DNA of 64,000 nucleotides from Balanoglossus misakiensis (GCA_040954595.2 CM082594.2:1258247-1322246); one strand, 5' to 3'; shown: positions 51,555 to 64,000, counted from the first letter of the stretch. Numbers and translations: made by a program. The notes: generated from the letters alone by a model not told the origin.

Positions 51555-52476
51555 TTATCTATGATAATGCACTGGTACCAGTGCAATATCTGGATATTGC
51601 ACTGCACCTGGCATAATAAGATTCACTACAACAAACAAGATAGCTTTGACAGGAGGTGCTGCCTCCGGCGGGAAGAACTGCTTCCAGGTGCACACACTTG
51701 GCTCGTCCATCTTTCTTTGTCGTGATCTCTGCGCTGCAGGGCTCAACCTTTGGTTGGGGGTTCGTTTCTACCTCACACACGGATTCACCTGAAAGCTTGA
51801 TTTTTTTCGACGTACCAAAACTTCCCTGAAGTGCCTACGCTGACGTACAATCGAACATTCCTGATCAATATAAAACTACAAATTTACAAGTTCCGAGGAA
51901 AATGACAGAAAAATGGTACTTACAGACTGAGGATGTGCGCAATGGCGGCTGCAGGCCAGGAGAAAGGCACCCTTGATTTTCTGCAGGACACTTTCCATGA
52001 CCGATGGTTTATGTACATTCTCTTCAATGAAGCTACCAAAATCTTGGAAAATCCAGTCCATATCGTAAAAGCTACGCCCTTCGCTTTCGCTTGGGTGTCG
52101 GAACGTGCTCCATGGGTAATGAAAAGCTCGTGCTCGTCGCTACTTTCGGCCATGGTGTTTGTCTGTCGAAGGTTGAGTTCCGAATGATGATGGAAACGTG
52201 GCACCTCAATGACCACGTGACAAATGCCCTGGTTGACAAGTATCCAATCGAAATGAGTCATACACCAGGTGTATTTTGCGACGCTTGTGATTGGTTGATG
52301 TGGTTGAGAAGTTGTTTAGCATATATCAAGATCACAGATGTTGCGACGTATTGTAAGCCGGATAATGTACTCGTGTCGTGCAATCGTTTAGATATTGAAC
52401 GACACTCGGGCCTGCGGCCCTCGTGTCGTTCAATATCTGAACGATTGCACTCCACTCGTACATTATCCTTTACTTA
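51555..52476 (+). mobile_element. Non-autonomous Crypton-like element with terminal hairpin
   Basis: Hairpin 52360-52468 (GGATAATGTAC...GTACATTATCC) followed by TTTACTTA. The left end is inferred at TTATCTATGATAATGCAC and is less certain. Confidence 0.65.
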
Positions 52477-53641
52477 ATGGTCACGGGTGAAGATTTTAGG
52501 GAATAGGGAATATACATATGAAGTATTTTACTCTGGAAAAAAATATGCCAATTTTAGCAGCTATAGGGTTTTTAAAGCGCGGGCGAAGTATGAAAAGATG
52601 CAGTAAATATCGATACATTGTATTTTGGAGGTTTCTCATAACCATGATTGGTTGGCTAATTATGCGGCGTTTTCTAAATAAAAGGAACAATATTAATTTA
52701 TTGTTGGGGCTCACCTCCGTTAACATCTTGCCGTCTCTGCTGAGTGTTGGCCTCTTCCAGCGGCACGTGTTTGTCCTTTACGTCCTGTAAAATATTTAGA
52801 ATAGCGCTGCCATTTGATCAAAGGATAAGCTGGCTTCGCGTGTTAGGGATGTGTGTCTGACGACTATGCCTCGAAGCAAAAGACACAGCCGACCCTGCCA
52901 CGTAGATTCATTTGTTGTGTCACACATTTTCGATCCAAGAAGAGAATATCAACCTTGACGTTGCGAAAATGACAAGAAACTTTCACTCATATAGGTTGTG
53001 TGATTACTTACCCGCAACTTGTTGGGAATTGCTGTCACCAGAGGCGCCCACAGCGTGAAAGCCAGAATGACTGCGAAGCCTGCACTGGAGTTCGTCATGA
53101 ATGGAAACATCGATGAACACGTTCGGTCTTCGATGAGGCTAGTGTCCACAGAATAGGCATTCTTTTATAACGCAGCTGGGAGGTGGTAAATCCATTGTGA
53201 TCACCATGCTATTAGTAGCCCAAGCAGTCAAAATTTGCGAAAAATATATAAATATGGAAAAATATATCAATGGGATCAATAGTTATTAAGCACTTTTTAA
53301 AAACAAATGACACCGTAAGATCAATTATCTTGTTTTCCGCGACAAGTTTCAACATGGTATGTCAGCGCTACCAGTGAATAATATTATTAGAAACTATGAC
53401 AGCTGTAACCGTGCGATTAATGATTTGATCAATTTTAATCATATACTTGTAAATATTTGCGCGGGTGCTGGTTTAATAAACTGTGTTGATATATAGGTGG
53501 AAGACTGTTTAGTTTTCCAGTCAATTATGTGATGTATTACGCCTGACGCTTAAATGATTTGGTCCAGGGAGAATAACCGTGTTTGGCCGGTCAAGCGAAC
53601 CCTGGATCTTGCAGGCTCTGCCCACTTTCCAAGCAACAACC

Positions 53642-56600
53642 ATTGAACATGCGCAGTTGATACTTCACATTGTAAACGTTGATGGCGTCGCTGTATATGC
53701 TTCTGGACCGCTGTCGCCCGACTATGTCGGCAAAGAAGAGACGAATTTAACCAAGCAACGCCATATCGGAAGATAGAATGATCGCGAGATGAAACCGGGA
53801 TATCCAACGATTTGGCAGCCATGTTGATTGATTGGTAAGTCGCCGAAGTAACTATTTGCCATTGATTTGTTTACCAGAAACGGTTTGCCTTTGGAACACA
53901 TTTGACCTCACCGAAATTGATTTCAGAGTTTTTTCCCAAGAACTAATGACGTTCGTTTTCACCTTTCTGTCCCGAAGTTGCAAACGTGTTGTCTCTGAGA
54001 AAATAAATGTGATTTGTACCCGCGATAATCATAGTTCGGATTTCAACCCACAACATCAACGCCAGCCATTCACCAACATGTGCCAGATAATGTTTATCAG
54101 TCATATTTTCTCAGTCTGAATTTACAAAAGACTAATTGTATTGTATGCACATTGCAATTTTAATATGTAACACGTTTGACCTGAGTGGGAGGATGGATTG
54201 AAGGGACACAAGCTTTTGTAGCCACTTATATTTTGACACTGTTTATATAAATGTTGAGCTGGCATATTTGTTCCCTTATGATGTAGTGTACCTGTTGCAT
54301 TGAAATGAAGCTGTAATATTAAAGTGCAATTTAGTCCTTTGGTTTACTGGGAAAATGAGGTCAATAAATGACAGGTTTATTTAGATATATGATATATTTC
54401 TCACAAGCACTTATGCATATGTATGAGATACTTATTTATTTTTAATTTATGTATTTATTTTAAATTTATTTTGTACGTTCAGGTAATCATATGGATTTGT
54501 ATGGAATCACATACACATTAATTGAAGACTATCATATCACAGAAGTCGAGCCTCCACATGTGTAAGGTAACCATTTAGGTTTCATGACTAAGTTTGTTTA
54601 AGAATTCATAAAGCACGAATTCTACCTAATGAATGAATTTTCTTAGAATTTCACAACTGTGACAGGGTTTGCAGTTATGCGAAAAAGTGTTATTATTCAC
54701 ATACAAAACTTTTCGTATACATTTTTCTGATGGCAATGCATTTAACTTTGAACAAATATTGACGTCAGTTAGTAGTGCTATTTTGTCAGTGAAATTGCTT
54801 CATCATCATCCCTCCAACCAAAGTTGAAACTGAGTTGCAAATATTGCACAGCTTGAAATCATAAAATGTTGCAAAATTGAACCAACAGTTCGGTCAACGA
54901 TTATGTTCTTACAGCTATTATTAGAAGCAGACAGTCTCAGGGAACAAGATACATGGGCCTGATTTGCAAACTGAGTTGGAACTAACCTTGCCTGCCCATG
55001 GATGCGCCAATTCAGTGAATCTTATCGTATTAAAAATGAATATGGAGAACTATTCTCTGTGTTGTGATTGTTAGCCTACATGTATACATATGTACCTTGA
55101 GTGATTCCACTTTCTTCAGTGTCCTGTGAATTCAGTTGCCATAACTTGCGCTTCACACAGCGCATACATGTAGGTCTAATCAATTGGGCAACTGGGTCTT
55201 ACAATATTATCTGATGCCTCTTACTGGCCAAAGGACCACAAGTTGCATTTTCACATTGCATATAAATAGAAAACCCATTAATTTCTACTGTATGATTTTA
55301 TTGACGATTCAATAGTTTCATGACTGTTAGTGTTAATTACAATACCTAAATTTCCAAATGAAAGCATGCTGTCAGTTTTCATGTGATTGATATTAATTTT
55401 ACAATTTCAAAATATGCTTAGCTCTGAATGATTATGAACATATCAAACTTCATGTTAAATAAACTGTCTTGATATTGTATACATTAAGGCCTACTACCAG
55501 TGTCACAACATTGATTTCCTGCATTTTTGCTCATGCCTTCTGACCAGTCAGTTGCCTCTGTATGTGTGTATGTATGGATGTATGTATGTCTGTCCACATC
55601 AAAAACTTGAAAACCCCTTCGCGTATCCCCTTGATATTTGGTGTGTAGATGCAGGCCAGCCTGTAAATAGGATTTTGTTCATATTAAGAAGGTTGAAGTA
55701 TTTTCATGATTGGTTTTATTTGATTACTCCAGAAACATACAATACAGAGTCTGTGTGGTAAGTCTTGATATTGGGTTTTTAGATGCAGGCACGCCTGTTC
55801 AAATGAAATATGCTAATTACCTGGAGCAATGTGAAATTGATCAAAACTCAGAAACTCAACAACTGGTCAGATTGCTTTGAACATTTGTATGCATGTAGCT
55901 TATGTCACGCCTGATATACTTTCAGCTAATATCGTGAATTGTATCTAGAATTTAGTATGCTATTTCCTATAGGTAATCTTTGTTAGTATTGTTTAAATTG
56001 TGGCAAAATTTGTAATTTTTGGGAAATTTTGTCATTTTTGGTCAAAAATCATTTTCTCTGAAACTCCATGTCAGGTCAGGTTGCATTTAAATTTTGGTTT
56101 GCTTGTTCCATGAGGTAACCCAAGTAATGTTGTATATCATTTTGGTGAAATTTGCATATTTGTGGTCTTGAGGCAATTTTTGCAATTTTTATTCTTTGAA
56201 ACCGCATGTCAGATTGCTTTCAATTTTGGTAGGCATGTTCCTTGTGGTGATTGAAGTGAGATATTGTTGGATTTGTTGATATCTGAATTTTTGTGGTTGA
56301 GGCAGTTTTTGTCATTGTTGAAGAAATGTTGTTTTCACTGAAAATACTCCGATTCCTGTGAAATTGTATTAGGTTACCTGGTAGGTCATATCTGCTTGGC
56401 AATGTCACAGCGGTGTACACACCTATTTTTGTGTAATCCAAAGTGCCTAATAACCTAGCAAATATTTACTAGTAAATCATGTATGTTCTACTTCTTACAA
56501 GGTTGAAGTATGTTGATGTCTGGGTTAAATGGGATTCTTCAGAAACATACAATACAGAGTCTGTGGTACAGTTCATGGTCACATTCAGAATTACCTAGTC

Positions 56601-58723
56601 TATATCCAGCCGTGTTCTGTCCGCTTTGCTTCCAAAAGTATCGTCTAGTGTCATGCATGCCACTTGCCCAATAATCTGACACCCCTTGCTGGGAAATTTG
56701 ATGTAACAAGTGTCCCTTAGTGAAGTTATTAACATAAACTGAACAATGTTGATTTGGCGTAAGATTATAGTGAAGGCAGGGCTTATTACATTGAAAATGC
56801 TATCCAGCCTTAATTACACATTATGAATATCCTTTGTCCAATCATCGGAAAAACAATGTACCATAGACTTGCATAGCACTTTGAAGGTGAATCGCAAGTG
56901 GTCACTTTAATTACATTACCTCAAGCAGTCTTTTACATGTAGCTATAATAAGACAAACATTCCCAGTGTAATTAACATCACTGTTGTTATTAGTATCTAT
57001 CTCCGATAAGTATCAAGTCTGCCTTATGTTATTTTAAGTCAATTGTCAGGTTCATGTACATGTTTTACAACTTATCTATCTTGTCAAAAACTTTCGCATG
57101 TACCTAATTCTAGGCTTACCAGTAGGGTTATAGATACAGTGTATTATATTAACATGCATTAATATGAAACTAAATGTTGATGGTTAATTAAAGACCCCCT
57201 TGAGCTATGGTAACCTCATTAAATATGTGCATATCTTATTCTAGTGGATGTGGTAACCTGGACATGGACAACTTCGGGGTCAAAATCTTTTGACAAACTT
57301 TTGGGTGATCTTGGGTAAACTTTGACCTACATTCCTATATCTTGGCATCCGGCACAGATACATCCTTGACACTTGGAGTGATGGAACTATGTAATGGAAT
57401 ATTATGTCTTGCCTCATTAATTATGTACATACCTAATGCCAGCCTAACCAATAGGGCTGGAAGTCTGCCTTTTTTTGGACATGATAAATTTGAGATCAAC
57501 ATTTTTCTACAGCAGCCAGCCTTCTCTTAAAAAGAATGGACAATATAAAGGCTTTGCTGGTATACTGAACTTTTGACTCCCTCCCTGAGACTGTGTGCCA
57601 ATGACGGGATAGCCTACTCAGCGTTGGGTAGATCCTAAGAAGGCCTCAGCCAGGCATCAGATACAAAAAGCGGAAATCCAAGCTTTAATGGTGGGTTACA
57701 TCGTTAACTTCCCTGCAGAGCTGATTTCTCAGACTGTGAGCCAATGGCGGGTAAAGCCCCTAGGTAGGGGCCACCTAAGACAGGCCGGTCATGCTTTAGT
57801 CACAAAGAAGGGCAAGTTCAGTCATACCATAACTTTGTCTGCTGTATATGCTTCATAATGATTGCATGGTATTTTGAGAATACATTGTCTTAAGGCAGTG
57901 TGACCAGCTAAAAAGTACTGGCAAACACAGCCAATGTGTAATAAAAAACATCTCATGTGGCTAAATAAAAGACATAAAACACAGCAAAAGCACTGTGACT
58001 AGCTGAGACATAATACTCCATTATGCATTTCCATCACTCCAAGTGTCAAGGTTGCATCTGCTCTGGATGCCAAGATATAGTAATGTTGGTCAAGGTTTAC
58101 CCAAAGTCACCCAAAGTTTTGTCAAACAATTTTGACCCCAATGTTGTCCATGTTTAGGTTTCTCCCTCCACTGGATAGCCTACAATTAGATATGCAAATA
58201 TTTAATGACGTTACTATAGATTATGGCGGTCCTAAATTAACCATGAAATTATAGTTTCATGTTAATTCTTGTTATTACAAAACACTGTATCTATAACCCT
58301 TCTGGAAGCCATACTTTGTTTCATGCTACCCAATATGTGAAAGTAGGTAAAAAATCAGCCAAGGTTATTTGAAATTTTGCTGAAAAAAATCCGGTCCCTG
58401 ACATTTGGTAAAGGGGTCAAGACACTTGGCAACAAATTTTTGTCCCAGATTAGAACATATTCATAAAAAACTCAGGGAAAGAAGGAAGTTTTTCACAGCT
58501 TTGGTGCTTCAAATAGTAGAGAGGTTCCCAAGTTATTTCAATGAAACCTTAATGTCAACATTACATCGTTAGACTCAAACTCATCTGGCATAAAGGTTCT
58601 AGTTAAAGCCCTAAGGGTTGTGCCACTTTTTCATTATTTTCATCTAAGATTTGTCAATCTAAATAAGCTTACTGCTAGGTATACATCTACATGAACATCT
58701 TGTTGACAGACGATTGTGGCTGT
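53642..58723 (-). repeat. Right arm of large inverted duplication
   Basis: Reverse complement of 39355-45108, with its own roughly 215-bp extra segment at about 53965-54178. Confidence 0.88.
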
Positions 58724-58730
58724 AATTTAA

Positions 58731-59060
58731 CCCTAACGCTGTCGAGTCCGTAGCAGAGCGCCCGATTTCCGGTGTGGGTAGAAGTCGAACGTTGGCGAGT
58801 GATGAATGACCTAATCGGTATGAATCGATATGATTCACCGACCCGCTGGAGTCTCTAGGCGTTTGCGTGCGCTTCGCTATAACGGGTTGTCTTTGAACTA
58901 CCGTTTTGAGGGCAATATCTGTTAGGACAGGAAAGTCTCGACAGGGTTATTTGCCTTGAACTACAAAGAGCACACTATCCTTAGAGGCAAATTCCGCCGG
59001 TCACCCCCGACCCTGGGGAGACCGTTTTTTTATGTGTCCGCAAAAACGTACTTGACAGCG
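58731..59060. mobile_element. piggyBac-like MITE remnant
   Basis: TTAA-CCCTAACGCTGTCGAGTCCGT at the left, partial inverted copy ACGTACTTGACAGCG at 59046-59060. Right terminus degraded. Confidence 0.45.
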
Positions 59061-59075
59061 ATGCATAGTTTTCCA

Positions 59076-60688
59076 TATAAGCAAAGTCTTAGAAAAAATA
59101 GTCAACTCCCGTCTTACCAACTTTGTAGAACAATTTAATATTCTATATGAACATCAGTATGCCTTTCGACAAAAATATAGTACCAGACTCTCTCTGATCA
59201 ATCTTGTCAATTATCTCATTAAGCAACTTGATGCTGGCAGAATTACACTTGGCATTTTCCTTGACTTTTCAAAAGCCTTTGATACCATTGATCATACAAT
59301 ATTACTATCTAAACTCTCTCACTATGGTATACGTGGACGTCCTCTACAATGGTTTACAGATTATTTAAAAGATAGATGTCAACATGTTTGTGCTGATCAG
59401 ATGGCCATATCTCATCTAGCCATAATATTACATGTGGAGTTCCACAGGGATCTGTCCTTGGACCTACTCTATTTTTATTATTTATTAATGATATAGCCCT
59501 TTCAACATCCTTCTTCAACTTCCGGCTGTTTGCTGATGATACAAATCTGTTCCATACCTTGCAAACAAAAGTGATATCAATCTGAACCATGTTGACAGCC
59601 AGTTACAGCTGGTGCTAGATTGGTGCAATGCCAACAAACTCACTATAAATCACCTAAAAACAAATTACAGTATTTTCAGAAACCAAAGACGAAACTTTTC
59701 CCATGTTGGTTCTCTCCACATAAATAATATGGTCATAAATGAGGTAGAAGCTGCATCATTTGTTGGCATTCTCATTGACAGGCATCTTACCTGGTCAAAA
59801 CATATCCAGATGCTAAACACAATCATCAGAAAGAAAGTTGGCATTCTCTTTAAACTCAGACATTTTGTAACTACCCATAATACTTACCTTACTCTACAAA
59901 TCACTTATCCAACCACATATAACATACGGCCTCGAAGTATGGGGGTCAACATATCCTTCATATCTCAACCGTATTAAGTTATTACAAAAAATGGCAGTAA
60001 GAGCAATAACCTTCAGTGATTTCACAGCTCATTCAACTCCTTTATTCCATAAATTGAAAATCTTTGATATTTTCAAATTACATAAGCTCCAGGTATGCTC
60101 CTTCATGTATGATCTTGTAAACAATAATCTTCCACAAAGGCTGACAACCTACTGTCAATTACCTCTCCATGATTACAGTACACGCCACAAAAACCAAGGT
60201 AATCTCCATATTCCAAGTGTAAATACAACAATGGGCAAATTTGCAATATCTTTTAATGGCCCTCTCTTATGGAATTCATTACCAGAACAAATAAAATACA
60301 AAAAATCCCAACAAACTTTCCGGTACTCGCTCAAACAGATGTATTTAGAAAATTAACTATAAATATATATATATTTATATATAGTAGTTCAATTTATACA
60401 TTCAATGTATTTATTTCATTCAATTTTAGCTACTGTCTATGTACATAATTGCCTTTACAGTGTACATGCCTAATATTGCTTCTCTCTAAGAAATACACTG
60501 CCCTCAAAATGAAATGTAACTAATTTTTATACCGCAATGTACAGAGGAATGGGAACAGACTTGACTAGCACCTGCTATTTTCTGTTCCCAATTACCCTTT
60601 CATTCAACCTGTCTCACTCGTGAGTTATGTAAATACTTTTCAACTTTTCAACAAGGGTAATAAATTGAATTGAAATTGAATTGCATTG
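59076..60688 (+). mobile_element. L2/CR1-group LINE, copy C (3' half)
   Basis: RT C-terminal part, tail and the same 3' TSD AACTCACGTC at 60689-60698. Confidence 0.92.
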
Positions 60689-62053
60689 AACTCACGTCAT
60701 CAGAGTAGACAAAGAAAATACGATCACGCAATATTTCAATGATCAAATCTCCCAAACTATAGATTAAAAAGGCTGATTATTCAGTTGAATGTCATTCTAT
60801 CTCAATTCTTTTGCGATAGCAGACGATTCAAGAGTCTTCCCTTCTTCATTCCACGAGACCTCTTTTCTTCGTCGCCAGAACTGCTTCAACTACATGCTTC
60901 TGGATACGACGCCCCTCTGATCAAACAACAGATCCATCCTGAAATAGTGCTTCAAATCTTGATATTTTTCTTTAATTTGACTTCAACCGTCACCATTCTC
61001 CAAGACTGTAAAAGAAGGGAGATGATGATGAACTACTATTAATTTTTTTTGCCCCTTGTACTGTCTTTACAACTGGTCGTATAAATCTGATATTTGTTTG
61101 GCATGCGAATTTTGGAATATGGATGTGTATGATCACAATTATAAGATCCTCAAAATAAAAGATCCTATCATTTCATTTGGTTAATTACCAGTTCATAGGT
61201 GAATGAAAATATTGTTACTCACTTTGAAACCTGACATGTATATATAATAATTCAAAGTATTTATTCGCATATTTTTATATTATTCATGGTGTTATAGATC
61301 AATGGAAATTTTTCAAATTAAATTCATGTATATAAAATGTAGCAATGTAATGTCATATGTGAAACCCTTAATCTTGATATTGTAATTCATTGTAGAATAT
61401 GATTATATTGTGTTATTCACTCAACTTGTGCATGTATGTTTAAGATTCATGCAAAATTACTTTTTTATACAAACTGTTCCTTTTTGTGTTGTTCGGAGGT
61501 GACAACTCATCAACAATGAAATAAGTTTGGGAAATTTTTGAACAAAGTCATGAAGTGGAAGTACTATAAATAAGTTTAATATCTGTTTGAGTTGTCCTGC
61601 CAGAAGTCAACATTTTTAGCTTATACAAATACTGTTGCAACTACAGAACAGTTGAAGAATTTCATCATTATATTTATGTTTTAATTACAAGTATATCAAT
61701 TGTACCTTTTCCTTATATTAAAAGCATATTTTTATTATAATATTTAATTGAGTTCTTTGTCTACTTTTTTAAACTGACAATTTTTCAGTCATTACCATAA
61801 CCCTGGAGTGTATTTCACTGTGTCCAGAGATTCTTCTGTAGTAGTTATAATAAGACATCAAACCAGGTCCGATAATCAATATTACTCAAGTTAAGCTAAT
61901 TACCAGGTCCAGGTTCAAAAAAGAAATGAGTGAAAAACTTACAATTTCAACAGGATCTTCTTGAACCACTGCTAAGTGGTAGTACTCGCTCAGGGGGCTG
62001 CAAACATGAAAGTTATAAATGGCGGAGTTCCTGCATTTTCCCCCAATAAACAT

Positions 62054-64000
62054 TAATTATAATATGCTTGGTGTGAATCTAGCTTGCTGATTGGCTGGAG
62101 CCAGGGTTTATATTCTCAACAAGATGACCTGGCCCAACTTGGCCCTGAACGGAGAATAGCTAATAAACTTTGCATTTGATTGGCTGTGGGATGGTGGACT
62201 GCATTTGATTGGCTGTGGGATGGTGGAAATGTTGTCTGCTGCAATCAGCTCGTGCAAATTTTGGAAATATCAAGAAGAGCTCAAAATGCAGCCAGCCGCC
62301 ATGTCTGAAAGGCTAGATTCTGACTTTGATTTGAATTTTAACCTCGAACAACTTGACGAAATATCTGACGAAGAACTCCTACAAGCGGCGACGATACTCG
62401 AGAATCTACCGGGACCGTGCATTCCTCCAGCAGTAAATCATGCCTACCCGCAGACGCCGAGATTCCCCGAGTTGTCACACGAAAAGGTGGAACAGTTAGC
62501 GGCGAAAAAAAATGAGGCAAATACAAATGCATCGACCAAGTGGGGAGTTAAGTTACTGAAAAGTAAGTATTCAATAAAAAAAAATAGTAGTCGTATATTT
62601 TATCGTTCACGCCGAAATGGGCGCCGCCATTTTCATTGTTTGTAAACAATCGCGTTAGTCGTTTGATCTGTTAACCTTAAAATCACGCAGTTGTTATTGT
62701 ATTTACCGTCTCTATTTTAACCGTTGCAGCCTGGTGTATGGAGCGATCGATTTCCCCAGATTTTGAAATGCTGCCAGTAGAAGACCTGGCAAACTTACTG
62801 AGGCAGTTTTATGCCGAGGTGAGAACAAGAGAAGGAAACGAGTATAGCATCCGGAGCTATTCTGGGATCAGAGCTGCGATACACCGACATATCACCAACG
62901 TCCCATTCAACCGAGCTATCAATGTCTTGAGGGATCGGGAATTTCTGGTGGCCAACAATGTATTTGTCGGGAAAATAAAGTGCCTAAAGCGAGATGGAAA
63001 GGACACCATCAATCACAAAACACCAATAAGCGAGGGCGATATCCAGAAGATGTTTGCTAGCGGTACGCTATCCGACTCTGATCCACTGTCATTATTACGT
63101 ATGGTATGGTTTTATGTAGAATTTTTCTTTTGTCGAAGGGGGCGGGAGGGTCTGCGAGATTTACATAAGGGGAGTTTCATTCTTAAGGTTGACGACCAAG
63201 GCAGGGAATACATTACATTGGCCTACTTGGAAGCCACTAAAAACCACCCCGGGGATTTGAAAGATAATTTTGAAAGTGAGAAGCGGATGTATAAAACGGG
63301 TTCTCCCCTCTGCCCAGTTACGGCCATTTTGAAATATATCGGTAAACTCCATCCCAACTGTAATGCGTTTTTCCAGCGTCCCATTCCCAATTTCTCCGGC
63401 AGTGAAAACACGTGGTATGTAAACAGCCCCCTTGGGCACAATTCACTAGGGTAAATGATGAAGAAAATATCAAAAGCGGCAGAGTTGAGTGTAATATACA
63501 CAAACCACTGTGTGCGAGCAACAACCATTAAGTCGCTGAACGACGCTGGGGTCCCAACGAGAATAATCATGAATCTCAGCGGTCATCGCAACGAAGGAAG
63601 CATTCGTAGTTATTGTCGTGACAGTTCGAATGAACAGAAACGACAGTGTAGTGACATTTTAATGTCATCGATTCACGATAAACCTACCGGTAACATAACA
63701 GCTGATGGGGCCCCAGCTCCGTCTGCTACGTCTTTGGCGGTTGCTTGCTCACCACAACGGTGTGAGAGAAATATATCCACATGCCAAACTCTCCCCTCAA
63801 ATTCCATAACACCATCCAATATGTTCAATAACTGCAACTTCCAGGGCAATGTATATGTTTATACAAGTACCTATAATTCCTCCAAGCATAATTAAAGATG
63901 TACATTTCTAATGTTGATTGGTCGGAAACGTAATACTCCCGTGGTGTTTCTGCTGACTACTTCGCAGACATGATGTAAATATATTCTTGCGCATTTTTTT
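62054..64000 (+). mobile_element. Crypton, copy 2 (3' end outside the window)
   Basis: Duplicate of 4763 onward. Confidence 0.87.
62301..63895 (+). pseudogene. Crypton tyrosine recombinase, 475 codons, one in-frame TAA
   Basis: GCCGCCATG at 62301, exon 1 to 62562, phase-1 GT-AG intron 62563-62729, exon 2 in frame (TKWGVKLLK-T-WCMER). Catalytic R, K, HxxR, H and Y are present. The only visible lesion is TAA at 63452-63454. Confidence 0.88.

Larger units (their letters stand above)
59076..64000 (+). repeat. Recent segmental duplication of 1780 to about 6718 (runs off the window)
   Basis: Near-identical colinear copy of the LINE 3' half, the spacer and the Crypton. Shares copy-A-specific lesions such as the GATCAGATGG insertion. 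Confidence 0.97.

Noticed and set aside
52700-53160. Possible divergent gene starts in a CpG-rich patch
   Set aside because: Frames close quickly and no domain is recognisable.

Overview
Repeat-dense, AT-rich eukaryotic (metazoan) DNA with no intact host gene; the repeat content suggests a marine invertebrate (inference only). Main contents: (1) three copies of one decayed L2/CR1-group LINE insertion, multiplied by DNA-level duplication rather than new retrotransposition; (2) a Crypton-type tyrosine-recombinase (YR) transposon with a spliced YR gene and a 186-bp terminal hairpin, present twice through a segmental duplication (about 57.3 kb offset), plus two non-autonomous Crypton-like elements; (3) a 6.3-kb Helentron-type (HINE) insertion hosting a Harbinger MITE and a 4-kb foldback element; (4) an 86-bp satellite array (about 9.2 kb) interrupted by a young L1/Tx1 element carrying a probable 3' transduction; (5) a roughly 19-kb inverted-repeat structure whose arms supply filled and empty sites; (6) several MITEs and a pentraxin-like pseudo-exon. 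Most notable: three Crypton terminal hairpins of unrelated sequence share a strand-asymmetric design (tandem GA/GA mismatches and a c-GNA-g triloop on the minus strand), suggesting a folded single-stranded DNA substrate for the recombinase. All coordinates were read by eye and may be off by a few bases.
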